A stretch of 64,000 bases of DNA from Lama guanicoe (taxonomy: Eukaryota). The translations under genes were made by a program, and so were the position numbers. The notes under the pieces were generated by a model. The model saw only the letters and a list, made by a program, of their open reading frames with translations. It did not search any database and was not told the origin of the DNA. This document shows positions 35,721 through 46,859 of the stretch, one piece after another; position 1 is the first letter of the stretch; every line of letters starts with the position of its first letter. The stretch lies in contig MU054187.1 of NCBI GenBank assembly GCA_013239625.1, positions 4,413,757 to 4,477,756 on the forward strand, in the 5' to 3' direction.

Positions 35721-37028
35721 GTAGGAGATCTCGATGAAGTAGTATCTCCTCATCACCTTCATTGGTGCTAACCCCCGTAGACTGGGGGCAACAGGTATGG
35801 GTGCGGTAGGCTGGGCGCCCACCTGCGGCCGCAGTCAAGGTCAGAGTTACCTCCCCAGCCTCTCCTGCTCTCCTCCTTGGAACCCTTCTCAGCTGTACTG
35901 ATCCACTTGAGATCTTGAAGGCTTTTTGCAAACCCTGTTCTTTTCCTCAAAATCCCTGCTGCTTTTCTTCACTTAGCCAAGTAATAGTGATGTGTGCCAG
36001 TTATTAAGCACATACCGTGTGCCAAACAAAATGCTCCTGATCACGGTATATTGTTGTCACTTCATCCTTACAACGACTCTGTGATGCTGGCGTCAGTCTG
36101 TTACTATTTCTGTGTTGTCCTCCCGTTTCCTGCTTGGAAAGGTTCTAGTGAGAATTACATGAGACGCTCCTTTCAAGTGTTTGGTGCAGCGCTGGCCCGT
36201 GGCCCCCTTTACACATACTGTCACCTCCCCTTTCCTCATCCCCCTTGGGCAGACAGGACAGGGAGATGCGGTGTGCGAGGCGGGGCTGGGGGCACCGGCG
36301 TGTGTGACCGTGGCTCCAGGCTTCTCCGTGCTCTGCCGCGACCTCCGCAGCCTGGCTCTGGGCGCCTCCTTTGAAACTCACCCGCCTAGGCTGCTCGTCT
36401 TTAGACTTTTGTTTTTACTTAGGAATAAATGGCTACTCATTAGTAACTGCGTTGAAGTGACTAAAATGTGGTATTCACAGACTGGAAAGGCCCCGTTGCA
36501 CCCCCGTGTGATGTCACGCAGCGGAAACAGCGGGGGGACCACGTGACCTCTTGGGACAGAGCCCGTCACCAGGGGTGCCACGTTCCAGGTTACCTGCTCT
36601 TGCTCCTCTTGTTGCTTCATGCATTACTGCTTTTTAACGTCTCACGTATTTAGTAGCCACATCTCTGCCGCTGTTGTATGAGGTCCGTAACGCCTGGGGT
36701 CACATGCTGTCCATTGCACTGCATTCCGTCCGTTTGTTCTCTGCCTTTTATTTCCGGGCACTGTGTTTTGCCTCCCTGACTCTGTCTGGCGCACAGCAGA
36801 TGTTAAACAGCTGACGACTGAGCTTAAGAAAGTTCTTTTAGGAATAATTTTTAGCGGTGGAATTTGAAAACAGCTTGTGTGAAAAGTCACAGCTCATCCC
36901 TTTAAAAATAAATGCCGAACAAGACAAGCATTATCACAGGGAAATTTCTCACTTAAGAAGAACCGTGGTAGAGTGATGGGGATTAAGATTCTCATTTCTT
37001 CCCAGCAGGACTGGTGTAACAGGTACCG

Positions 37029-37070
37029 TGTGTGTGTGTGAGCGTGTGTATATGTGAGTGTGTGTGTGTG
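37029..37070 (+). repeat. (TG)n imperfect microsatellite
   Basis: Directly visible. Confidence 0.9.
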
Positions 37071-38439
37071 TTCTTAGACTGTAACATTCAGTGTTTTCGC
37101 CTTTCATCGCTCTATCCCCCCAAGAATACAGTTATTAGCATTTTACGTTGCAGGGTCGGGAATGAAATGCTTAGTTTGATTCCGGTCCCAAACGCTCACG
37201 CGCTCTGTTCTTGGAGAGTCAGTGTGGCTTTACTATGACTTTCTCTTTGGGGCATTTTAGAGGTTAGTGAACAAAATGGTACTCCCTTTCCACGGATGGG
37301 TAAAACTTGATTGTACTCAAACTGTTGTACTAGAGATGTACAAAACTCGACCGTGGCAGGTTGAGAGCTGACGAGACTGCCTTCCGTATTTAAACAGACT
37401 GCATCGGATAGATGTATTTCATGAAAAGCTGGTTTTCTTCAATTAAAAAAAAGGTAGTTGGTCACAGTCCTTAGGCACACAGCAAATGTCAGGGTGGCTC
37501 TTTCTGAGGTCAGATGTTTCTGTTTTGCTCATAATAGTCGTGGATGGATGGATGGATGGGTGGAGAGACACAGGTTCTTAATTGGTTGCCCACCACCATC
37601 ATACCAAACGTGGCATAATTCCCGGACGACACTGTATCATATGCAGCCTCCATACCACTGATGTTGCACTGATTGAAACTGCTTGTCTCAGTTCTTAATA
37701 GATTCGTTTCTCTCTCTGAATAGACTGTGGGCAACTGGAAATTAGGAGCTGAATTACCGTCTATGCTGTTTTAGTGCCTGGCAGAGAGCCTGGCGTGGAG
37801 TAGAAGTGACGCACATGTCTGTAAATTAAAAGATTGCTTCTAAAGGCAAAATGAGATACAGGGTGTTTCTCTTTTAGTGACTGGTGTTTACTCGTAAGGA
37901 AAGCAGTGGGCAAACATCCTCTAGTGTTTACTTTTTCTTTCGCTGATACGTAGATGGCACGTCTTCCCGAGCCCTCCCTGGGGTTAGTCGGCAAGCACTT
38001 GCAGAGGATACGGGAGAAGGTAGTTCCGTTACTACTTTGATGAATGAAAGATGAACCCGTTTCCTCATCTGTGTCCTAAAAACTTGAGTAAATGCTAGCG
38101 TTCACGTTGCTGTTGGACTGATGTTCGCATTAGTAAAGTGTTGTGGGAGGGCTGATTCCCATTTTAACATTTCTGAGAAGTCTTGCTTCTACACGATGAT
38201 CTTCAGAATAGCTGCTGGCGGTACAGATTTGTATGTTCTGCTCGTTCCCAGATTTGGTGGCTTCGTAGGGAGGGCGGAGGTGCCCTTGGAGGGCTCTTAG
38301 ACTTTCTTTCTCTCTCCCTTGTTGGCGGTACATTCATGCCCACGGGGACAGTTGACAGTGCTTTTAAGATGTTATTTTCACATAAACAGGCAGAGACTAG
38401 GCTTAGAGGAAAGCGTATGGGTTTTCTTTTGCTGCCTAA

Positions 38440-38942
38440 CATTTCCACGAGTGACAGCGCGGTGTTCTGTGGTCACAAGTCCGTCATCCCACGGGCTGGG
38501 ATCTGCTCAGGGACTCACACTCAGCTTGTTGTCTGGGCTGTGTTCTCCATGAAGACTCTGGGGAGTAATCAGCTCCTAAGCTCATTCAGGTGGTAGGTGG
38601 GGTGGAGGCTGAGGGCTGCTGTCAGTTCCTAGGAATTTCTAGAAATCACTCGCATTTCCTTGCCCTGGGTCCTCTCGTAGCATCCCGGTAGAATTCCTTG
38701 TCAGACCCCCCTCCCCGCCCCAGCTTTTCTGTCTCTTCTGGGACCAGCCAGAGAACACCGTCTACTTTTAAAGGGTCCACGAGATGGGGCCGGGCCCATC
38801 CGGGTCGTCCTGGTAACCAAGGTTAACGTGCTGCATCACATCGTCGTCGCAGGAAAGGCATCCTTTGTGGTCCTGGGCGTGCGCAGTCGTGTGCACCAGG
38901 GGATGCGAATTCCTGGGCCCTGCGTACGTCTGCCTCCGCATA
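38440..38942 (-). mobile_element. MLT1D/E-type MaLR LTR
   Basis: gttctgtggtcacaagtcc...ctgctcagggactcac...gactctggggagtaatcagctcctaagctcattcagg...ctacttttaaagggtc...cgggcccatccggg. Confidence 0.75.
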
Positions 38943-39149
38943 GTCAGTTAAGATGCTCGGGAAATGCCACGTTTACCTCCATGGTACTTCTCGTCTACCT
39001 TCACCATGCTTTCACTTTGAGATGTGGAGGACCGGGTTTTAGGGACCTTCTTCTTTCTTAGCCTGTCTGTATTTCTAACAGAAGGAGAAGCAATCTGTCC
39101 TCCACGAAAAGAAATGTGTCTACAGTCCATCGGGGTGAGGGCTTGAGGT

Positions 39150-39500
39150 TTGTGATTTGCATTCATTGATCTGCATTCTCTTAGCCCATCAGCCCGAGGC
39201 CAGTCAGCCCAAGGCCAGCGGTGGCCAGACAAGGATGGAGTCAAGTGGTCAGAGTCTTGTGGTTAACACAGAAACCAGACCGACCCAAGCTAAGGGCCCG
39301 ACCCAGGTGAGGAACTTGACAAGTGAGGCCACAATAGGGGCTGTGAACTTGAGGAGCGAGGCCACCGGGAGCTGCCTGGAGTTCAAGGCCAGAGGAATGA
39401 CTTGCCAGAATCACTGTTTTTGGCAGATGAACCTGGAAACTGGATATATGGTCAGAGAGGAGAAGCCAGAAGCAAAAACCAGCCAGGAATGCAGAAGTGA
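39150..39500 (-). mobile_element. L2 fragment
   Basis: atttgcattcattgatctgcattc...gggagctgcctggagttcaaggccagaggaatgacttgccagaatcactgtttttggcagatgaacctgg. Confidence 0.55.
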
Positions 39501-40370
39501 ATGCTCATTTATCATTGGCAAGGGAGAGCCAGGAATTAATGTGTTCCCTGAATTGCGTGAATAGTAACAGTGCTGGTAAAATAGACAAGAGCAGGGAAGG
39601 TTAACCAACATGAAAGAGACAGTCAGCCTTTTACAAGCTGTGGTCACCTGAGTAGCGTTCAGTGAATTTTAGTGGGGACCATGCGTGAGTGGGTTTTAGG
39701 CTGGACTTCAGGTAAATCATCAGTTTATTACAGAACTTGCAGTTGCAGTTGGATTTATGAGCATAGTTTTAAGTGCACATGCATTTTTTTTATTGCCTAA
39801 AAAGAACCGTTGCTAACCAGAGGCATGTGGGGTGAAACAGATACCCCGTGTGTACTTCGCAGGCAGTTGTCTTTTACAGTTATGTTCACTGCTTCCAAAC
39901 ACCACACTTCGCTCTCTTGTTAGATCACCCACCTGGTCACACGCTCGTGCTTTCCTTGGAGTCAGTGTTCAAAAGGGAGCTTGATTTTCACTTCCTGTTT
40001 TCTCCACTGTTTGGCTGAAGATTATTTTTAAGATTAAAAAAAAAAAACCAAACAAACAAAAGTCATCTCTGAGCCTGGGAACCAGGCATTAAACGTATCT
40101 GTCTTCCCATAGGCTTAAAAATGCTGGTTTTGCAAATATTCAGTGTGGAGTTCTGACCACATACTTGGCTGGTCAAACTATAAATAAACTAAAACTGTAT
40201 AGCTTTGTTAACATGGGAAGGATCGCGTTTAGCTTGCTCTTTTGTGACTAAGCCGAGTTCGGATGTAAGGCAGCTGCCTACAGTGGAAAGAGGTCGCAGA
40301 AATCTGTGCTTCGCAGTGGCATCAGAGTCATTGAGATGCTGACGCTTTTCAGGCAAACCTGTGTAGTAAA

Positions 40371-40700
40371 TCATTTGTTCAGTCAGTAAGCGTTTGTTGA
40401 TAAGCTGCTCTAAGCCAGGCAGTGTTTTTCTCCAGGCTCGGGATATAGCAGTGAACAAAAACAGACAGAACGTTCTGCCCTGGTGAGGCTTTTACTTCAG
40501 TGAGATGAAGCAGAAATAGAAGATAAATGTATAAAATATTTGGTATTTCAAATGGCGAAAAGCACTGTAGAGGAGAATTAAGCGGGGAGGGGGTAGTGTG
40601 TGTGTTGTGGGGGTGGGGCGGCAGCATTTCAGAGAGCGGGGTTGGCCGGGCCCTAAGAGGACCCTGTGCTGGGCGGGTGGGGCCGGCAGCATCTGGTGAG
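40371..40700 (-). mobile_element. L2a 3' end (resumes at ~41320-41430 after a MaLR insertion)
   Basis: tcatttgttcagtcagtaagcgtttgttga...aagccaggcagtg...gggatatagcagtgaacaaaaacagacagaacgttctgccctggtgaggc. Confidence 0.85.
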
Positions 40701-40709
40701 GGTGAGGCA

Positions 40710-40971
40710 TGGCACTGCAGTGGTTCCTGGGTTACCTGGTATGAGGCCCCGTCTCAGCAGGCTGCGGTGGAGAGAGACTCTCCTGCAGGCCCTGGGGTGG
40801 GGAGCTAGCGGTGAGCTGCCTCTAGGGCGGGGGAGCGGCCCCCACTCGCAGCCCGCAGGGGAGCTGGGCCTCAGTGCTCCAGCCTCCAGGGGCTGGTTCT
40901 GCCAGCAACCGTGGGAACTTGAGGGAAGTCCCTGAGCTGCTTTTATTTTTTTTCAGTTACGCACACACACT

Positions 40972-41007
<36 letters not shown>

Positions 41008-41288
41008 CACATGTGTATATTCTTTTCCATATTCTTTTTCATTCTCGGTTATTGCAGGGAATTGACTATAGTTCCCTGTGCTGTGCTGTGGGACCTAGTT
41101 GTTTATCTGTTTTGTATACAGTCGTGTGTATCTGCTAATCCCAGAGGCTGCCCAGACCACGCTGTGATCACAGCCTCATGAGCCCTGAGCCTAGGTTGGC
41201 CCCAGCTAAGCCACGCCTGGGCCTTGGCAGAAACTGTGCAATAGTAAGTGGGTGGGGTGGTTGTTACACAGCAACAGAAAGTGATGCA
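40710..41288 (+). mobile_element. MLT1F/G-like MaLR LTR, split by an L1 tail
   Basis: gagagagactctcctgcaggccctg...ttctgccagcaaccgtgggaacttgagggaagtccctgagc [L1] ...cagcctcatgagccctgagc...ccagctaagccacgcctgg...ttgttacacagcaacagaaa. Confidence 0.75.
40941..41143 (-). mobile_element. L1 3' tail (cetartiodactyl type) containing a (TG)n(CG)n microsatellite
   Basis: tttcagttac...tattcttttccatattctttttcattctcggttattgcaggga attgactatagttccctgtgctgtgctgtgggacctagttgtttatct...tctgctaatccca. Confidence 0.85.
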
Positions 41289-41829
41289 GACGGGAGGCCT
41301 CCTCTCACGGGGAGGGGAGACACAAACGGAGGCCTTGAGGTGCCCTTGGACATACCAGCCTGGAGGTCAGGGGAGAAGATGAACTGGAGATACACGTGTG
41401 GGAGTCGTGAGCACGTGTGTGGGGTCTAGAGCCCCGGGATCCCTAATCCAATGACTGCAGAGATGCAAGGAAAGGGTTTCCGGCCCCAGCCTTGGTGCTC
41501 CTGTAAAATATTTTCAGTCATTTTCTCTCAGTGACTTTTATGTTTTATTATAAGCGTCTGCTCAGTATTCCCCTGACTGACAGGGTTTTTTTCTCCCTCT
41601 CTAGAACCTCAGCTCACTTTTAAAGTTTTCCTGTTTGGCTTCCAGGTACAGTGTTAGACACTGGACCCTGTTGGATGGGGGAGTAAAGCTGGGTATGAAA
41701 AGCCTCGTGCCACTTCTGATAAGAAGGTTCCAGCACCAGCGGGGAGCGGTCTACCCCCAGGGGACCAGACCCCTCCTTCCTGGGGGCAAACAGACTTGTA
41801 TGTCTCAGGTCTCCTTCCAAGCCCGGCTG

Positions 41830-41843
41830 GCAGGAGGGGGCAG
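41830..41843 (+). promoter_or_regulatory. Candidate CTCF motif
   Basis: GCAGGAGGGGGCAG vs CCASYAGRKGGCRS; motif only. Confidence 0.3.
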
Positions 41844-42203
41844 AGCACTTCTGCATTTCTGCAGCTCGCCCTGGTCCTCAGCTTCGTGCCTGAGGGTCAG
41901 GTAGCCGGCCCTGTGGTTCCCCGCAGAGGGCTTTCCAGAAGACCCGTAGCTGGCTGGATAGGGTTGCTGTGTTTTGTTAGACACAACTGAGAAAATGAGT
42001 AAGAACAGGAGGGGACACTCTGGGGACTTAGGAGACAGGGAAGGATGGAGACTGCCGAGTGCAGAACAGCTGAGAGGAGGTGAGAGGAGTCTCTGGAACA
42101 TTGTGTAATTTCCCAAGGGATCTGTAGCTAGAAGCTGGTCAGCGCTGACGGCTGGAGTGGGGGTCACCATGTCTCTCAAAAGCAAAAGAGCTCTTTCTCT
42201 TCC

Positions 42204-42342
42204 AAAAAAAAAAAAAGGACACAAATGAACTTATCTACACAACAGAAACAGACTCACAAACAGACTCAGTGGTTACCAGAGGGAAAAGGGGTGGAACGGG
42301 GAAAAGGGGTGGGAAGGGATAAATTGGGAATTCGAGATCTGC
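42204..42342 (+). mobile_element. L1 3' UTR internal fragment (cetartiodactyl type)
   Basis: aaaaggacacaaatgaacttatctacacaacagaaacagactcaca...tggttaccagaggg...gggataaattgggaattcgagatctgc. Confidence 0.85.
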
Positions 42343-42344
42343 CC

Positions 42345-42500
42345 CCTCTTGGGGAGAGATGGAAGTGCTAGCTGTCTTGATTGTGGGGGTGGCTTCATGG
42401 GTGTGCACATCTGTCAGAATTCACCAAACTGTACATCTGAAATGTGTTTAGTTTATAGGAATCGTATCACAATAAAGGTATTAAAAAATAAATTAAAAAG
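42345..42500 (+). mobile_element. Old L1M 3' terminus
   Basis: gatggaagtgctagctgtcttgattgtgggggtggcttcatgggtgtgcacatctgtcagaattcaccaaactgtaca...caataaag. Confidence 0.8.
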
Positions 42501-43578
42501 CAAAAGATCTCTACCTGTGGCCACGTCTGCTTTTATATAAGGAATGGCTTACTTTGTAAATTTGTTTTTCAGACTAGTTACAGACTTACTCATCTATCTT
42601 AAAAACTAACCATTATTTCGTAGCCTTCTCTCAGTCTTTGTTTTTTTCCCCCTCCATTTCTGCACCATGTTATCAGATGGGCTCTTTTATCGAGGACTGA
42701 GTTGCTACCTTTGCAAAGTGGTACCTTTTTAAAAAAAGACTCCCACAGGTGGGGATATAAAATCTTTGGGACCTGAGATTGTTATTCATACCCTGTCTTG
42801 TTCCAGAAAGGACTCCAGTGGCTAACTTTGAGAACTGGGTTTTGAGTGGTTTGCCTTCTGCAGTGAGGGTGGCAGTCCAGGGCAGCCTTGTCACCTGGAC
42901 AGTCAGCATTTCAGCATGGGCACATGATTCACGGTGCTGGACATCCCCAGGGCTGGACTTGGTCAGACCTGACGGCAGGCACTCCCAGCTCTCTGCTGCA
43001 GCTTTTTTTGTCTTTTTTCCCCCCACTGGGGGTTGTATTCCTTTTTGGCATTTAAGTAGTCCCCGTTCCTGATCTCAGGATTACCTTTGCGTCCGTTTTC
43101 TTTGGACCTGCGGACCCAAGTTCTCATGTGTCGGCTCAGGACATGTCACGCTCTCCTCGGCCCCTTCGTGTTCTGTGCGTCCTTCCACACACGGCATTTC
43201 CAACGGAGTCGAGGGATTCAGCTGTGCTCTTCAGTGACAGAAGTAACTTTCTTTTTAAGGTGACTTGGGCCTGCTGAGATCCAGCCCCAGCCAGAGGCAG
43301 CCTTCCCTTGTGAGTTGGGCACCATCCCGAGTCACACTCAGGACACGCTGTCTCCAGCTGCAATCAGCATTGTCCCATTAATGTGCTCTGTGCCCCTTCA
43401 AGTCTTAACATTTCACGATAAAAATTAGCAACGTCCAGAAACTCAAGAAACAGTTGCCACATCTAACATCAAACATCTGGATACAAGAGGCTCCTTTTTA
43501 TATTTTTTTCCCTCTGAAGTATCAGTTTCTAATATACATAAGAGACCAGATTCCACACTGTGTTAGTCTAGCCTCGAT

Positions 43579-43770
43579 CAAAGTTTGGCAGACGACGGCC
43601 CATGGGCCAAATCCGGCCCACTGTCGGTGTTTGTAAATAAAGTTTTATTGGGACACAGCCATGCCCACCATTGACATGTTTACTGAGGGCGAGGTGAGAG
43701 GTCAGGACCGTGCGGCCTGCAGGGCCTCAAACAGTCACTGTCTGCTTAAAAAAAAACTGGCCAAGCTCTG
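43579..43770. mobile_element. MER58A hAT-Charlie MITE
   Basis: ttggcagacgacggcccatgggccaaatccggcccactg...tttgtaaataaagttttattgggacacagccatgccca; ends ...ggccaagctctg followed by gtctaaaa. Confidence 0.85.
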
Positions 43771-44465
43771 GTCTAAAATACACAACTTGTAAGAAAAAAA
43801 GAAAATTTTTGGTCATGAAATAATTTTGGAATAATGAGCATCTTCAGCATTTTAAAGTTGTCAGGACACGGCTGCCTAAAAAAATAGCCAGTAGTTTAAA
43901 AGCAATAACATGTAAGTGTTGTCACGCGTTTTAGTACCATTTCAATTTGTGCAGGTTACAAAACTTATCTAACTTAAGAAGCGTAATGGGAGGAAATGTA
44001 AAATAAAAACAGCGGGGCTCCCTGAAAGGTTGCACTGGCGCTTCTTTGTAAACCTGGCTGTCGGACTGCGTCTCAGTAGGGCTGGCTAGCCTTTACAACC
44101 GGCATCTTCACGAGGCGTAACGCTCACGTCTCCCGAGGTCTCCCTCGTGAATCACCCGGGGCGACGTGTTTATCGCTCGCCGAAGGCTGAGGTCGCTTTG
44201 GCTGCAATCAGGCGAGAGCTTGGTTGCGCAGCTCCCGCGCCCGCGCCTGTCCGCGGAGGTGCCCGCGCCCCTCTGGGAGGGCTGCTCCGTTTTCAGACTG
44301 ACGGTTGTTTATTTGAGCTGCTGTTGTGTTTTCCAGCTCTGAGTGTTGATGTGGGTTCCAGGGTGATGAGAACAGATCGCCCCCCCCTCAGCGCTCCTTC
44401 CATCCCATCCCTGGTGTATTTGCAGGGGACTGTCCCAGAACCTGGGCCCTAAGAGAATGTTCTTT

Positions 44466-44594
44466 TTTTTTTTAACATTTTTTAATTGATTTATAATCAT
44501 TTTACAATGTTGTGTCAAATTCCAGTGTTCAGCACAATTTTTCAGTCTTTTTTTTAACATTTTTTATTGATTTATAATCATTTTACAATGTTGG
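44466..44594 (-). mobile_element. Young L1 3' tail insertion with doubled tail and 14-bp TSD
   Basis: TSD agagaatgttcttt at 44452-44465 and 44595-44608; two tandem copies of (T)n-aacattttt..attgatttataatcattttacaatgttg. Confidence 0.9.
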
Positions 44595-44987
44595 AGAGAA
44601 TGTTCTTTCCAGGGCTGTCTGGTGCTTGGGGGGCGAAGGCAGAACCAGGCTTGGAGTGAAGGGGCCTGCGTTTCCAGTGGGAACAGTGGGAGCGCTCAGC
44701 CTTTCCTGCCACCAGAGCTGCCGGGCAAAGGAGGGCAGCAGAGAGGGGGTGTTAAATAAATGCTGTAGAATCTGCTTACCGCTCGATTTATAGCCACGTG
44801 CACACCATGGCCGAGGGCCCAGTTCTCCACCTTGAAGTCACCTTCCACTGGCCCTGGGCCACCTGGAGGGCTGTGCTCTGGTCAGTGAGAGCCCCAGGCG
44901 GCTCACAGGTCCCCTGCCTCCAGACGGCCAGCCGAGGGCCAGGAACCTGGGCCTGTTGTACAGTACCTGGGGGTGGGGGTGGGTGCA

Positions 44988-45425
44988 GACACACACACAC
45001 ACACACACACACACGTAACACACACAATAAACATACATACACACACACACAAACATAATGCATACATGCATATTTACACACATGTCCACATAAACACACA
45101 TACACACATGCTCACTTACATAAACACATATACACACAGCATACATAAACATGTATACATTTATACACACATGCACAATACACATACATAAGCACACACG
45201 TACATGCACACGTATACACATATACACATACAGATTACACGTGCATGCATATACATATATACACACATACACATGCATCCACATCCACATATACATACAC
45301 ACGAGCACAAATACACATGCGTATTCACACATACATATACACATTACATATACACATGTACACACATACACAAATACATACATATACACACATATACAGA
45401 TACACCCATAACACACACACACACA
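44988..45425 (+). repeat. Long degenerate (CA)n/(CATA)n tract, ~440 bp
   Basis: Directly visible; accounts for the His/Thr-rich and Val/Cys-rich spurious ORFs. Confidence 0.95.
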
Positions 45426-46139
45426 AGGCACATTTTGGTAGCTAAGCACGCTGTTTTGGGCAGGGCTGCTCCTCTCTGTCTCCTGGGCTTTGGGAGATAG
45501 GACTGCAGTTCATCTTCCTCGGGGATGTAACTGGAGGCTCTGCCCTTTATATTATTCTTACTTCTTGCGCTGCTGTGAATCAAGCTTGAGGGTCCAAGTT
45601 CTTTAAAACTGCTTTAATGGAGAGCCCCGCTCCCCCCACCCCAGTCCCTGTGAAGCTCCCTGGAAGGCTGGGGAGCCCAGAGATGAGTGCAGCCTCAGGG
45701 CTCAAAGCCAGTCTGCCCCCTGGCCCCACCACTGACCGACGAGTGGCCTCCAGAAGTTCTCAGTCGGTTCCCTCCACCGCAGAGTGGTGACAGTAGTATC
45801 TGCTCTGCGGAACTGCTGCAGGGATTAAATGAAGGACCGCTTGAGTCGGGGCCAGGCACATGGAAGGGCCCCAGAAAGGCCAGCCGTTCTGGACCATGAC
45901 TGCATCATTCACCGTGGTCTCCTGCCACTTCCCCTCCCCTCGCCCCCCGCCCTGGCACTGTGTGGCTCTAGGAATGGCTTGCGCCATGGGGACATGCATT
46001 TTATCCCTGATGCGTTTTAGAACTGTCTGCGTGTGGCTTTGTTTCTGTCTTTCATCTTCTCTACGTACACTGCACCCCCTTGTTTGCTGCAGGGCCAACT
46101 CCCGCCTCTCCTCTTTTTCTGAAGCCGTGAGATAGCTAC

Positions 46140-46250
46140 TGATGCCACCATTTTTATTTAAGAAGAAACTGAGTCTAAAGGAAATTAAATAATTTAACCT
46201 AAGTTCATGTAACTCAAAAAACAGAACAATTATTCAAACCCAAGACTTTT
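46140..46250 (-). mobile_element. MIR fragment
   Basis: ccatttttatttaagaagaaactgagtctaaaggaaattaaataatttaacctaagttcatgtaact...attcaaacccaagact. Confidence 0.7.
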
Positions 46251-46671
46251 ATTACAGCCTCCTTTGACCTTAGTTGTGAGCTGCTTTTATGAGTGATGTA
46301 TAATCAGTTCAGAAAAGAATTCAATTGTATAATTATATTCATATATAATATATAGTAATATCTTTTAGAAAACTTCTTTATGACAAACATGAGACAAAAA
46401 AAAAGAAAAAATGGTCGAAGCTGACCTCCTTTACCAAAAATTGGTCAAAGCTGAAGAGTTAAACATAACTTAAAAGAGAGGTGTCTGAAATGGGATTAAC
46501 AGTGGTTAACTGTTTAAAATGAGCTGAATAAATAGAAAAAAGTATTCTGAGGTTCTGATAAAGTCATCTCAATATAAGGGCACAATATGACGTTCAGATG
46601 AGTAAACTATAACTTTCGCTTAAATTCGCATGGAATGGAGTCATCCTTTTTTCTCTGTGTGTACATGGCTT

Positions 46672-46723
46672 TTTCTCTATGTATACATTGCAATTTATTT
46701 CTCTATGTATACATTGCAATTTA
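46672..46723 (+). repeat. Perfect 26-bp tandem duplication
   Basis: tttctctatgtatacattgcaattta x2. Confidence 0.95.
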
Positions 46724-46859
46724 TTTCGATAAGAGATCGAAAGATTCGGAAGAATTTTAGATTAAAATAATTTTATTAGGATGTGAAATCAGTAATAAGA
46801 CCTTTTTCAAAACTTCATGGTAAGACTATATTGGTAATGTTGCCTTTTTATAGAATATA

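Noticed and set aside
44788..45583. ORFs up to 203 aa rich in Val/Cys/Tyr or His/Thr
   Set aside because: They are translations of the (CA)/(TG) low-complexity tract.
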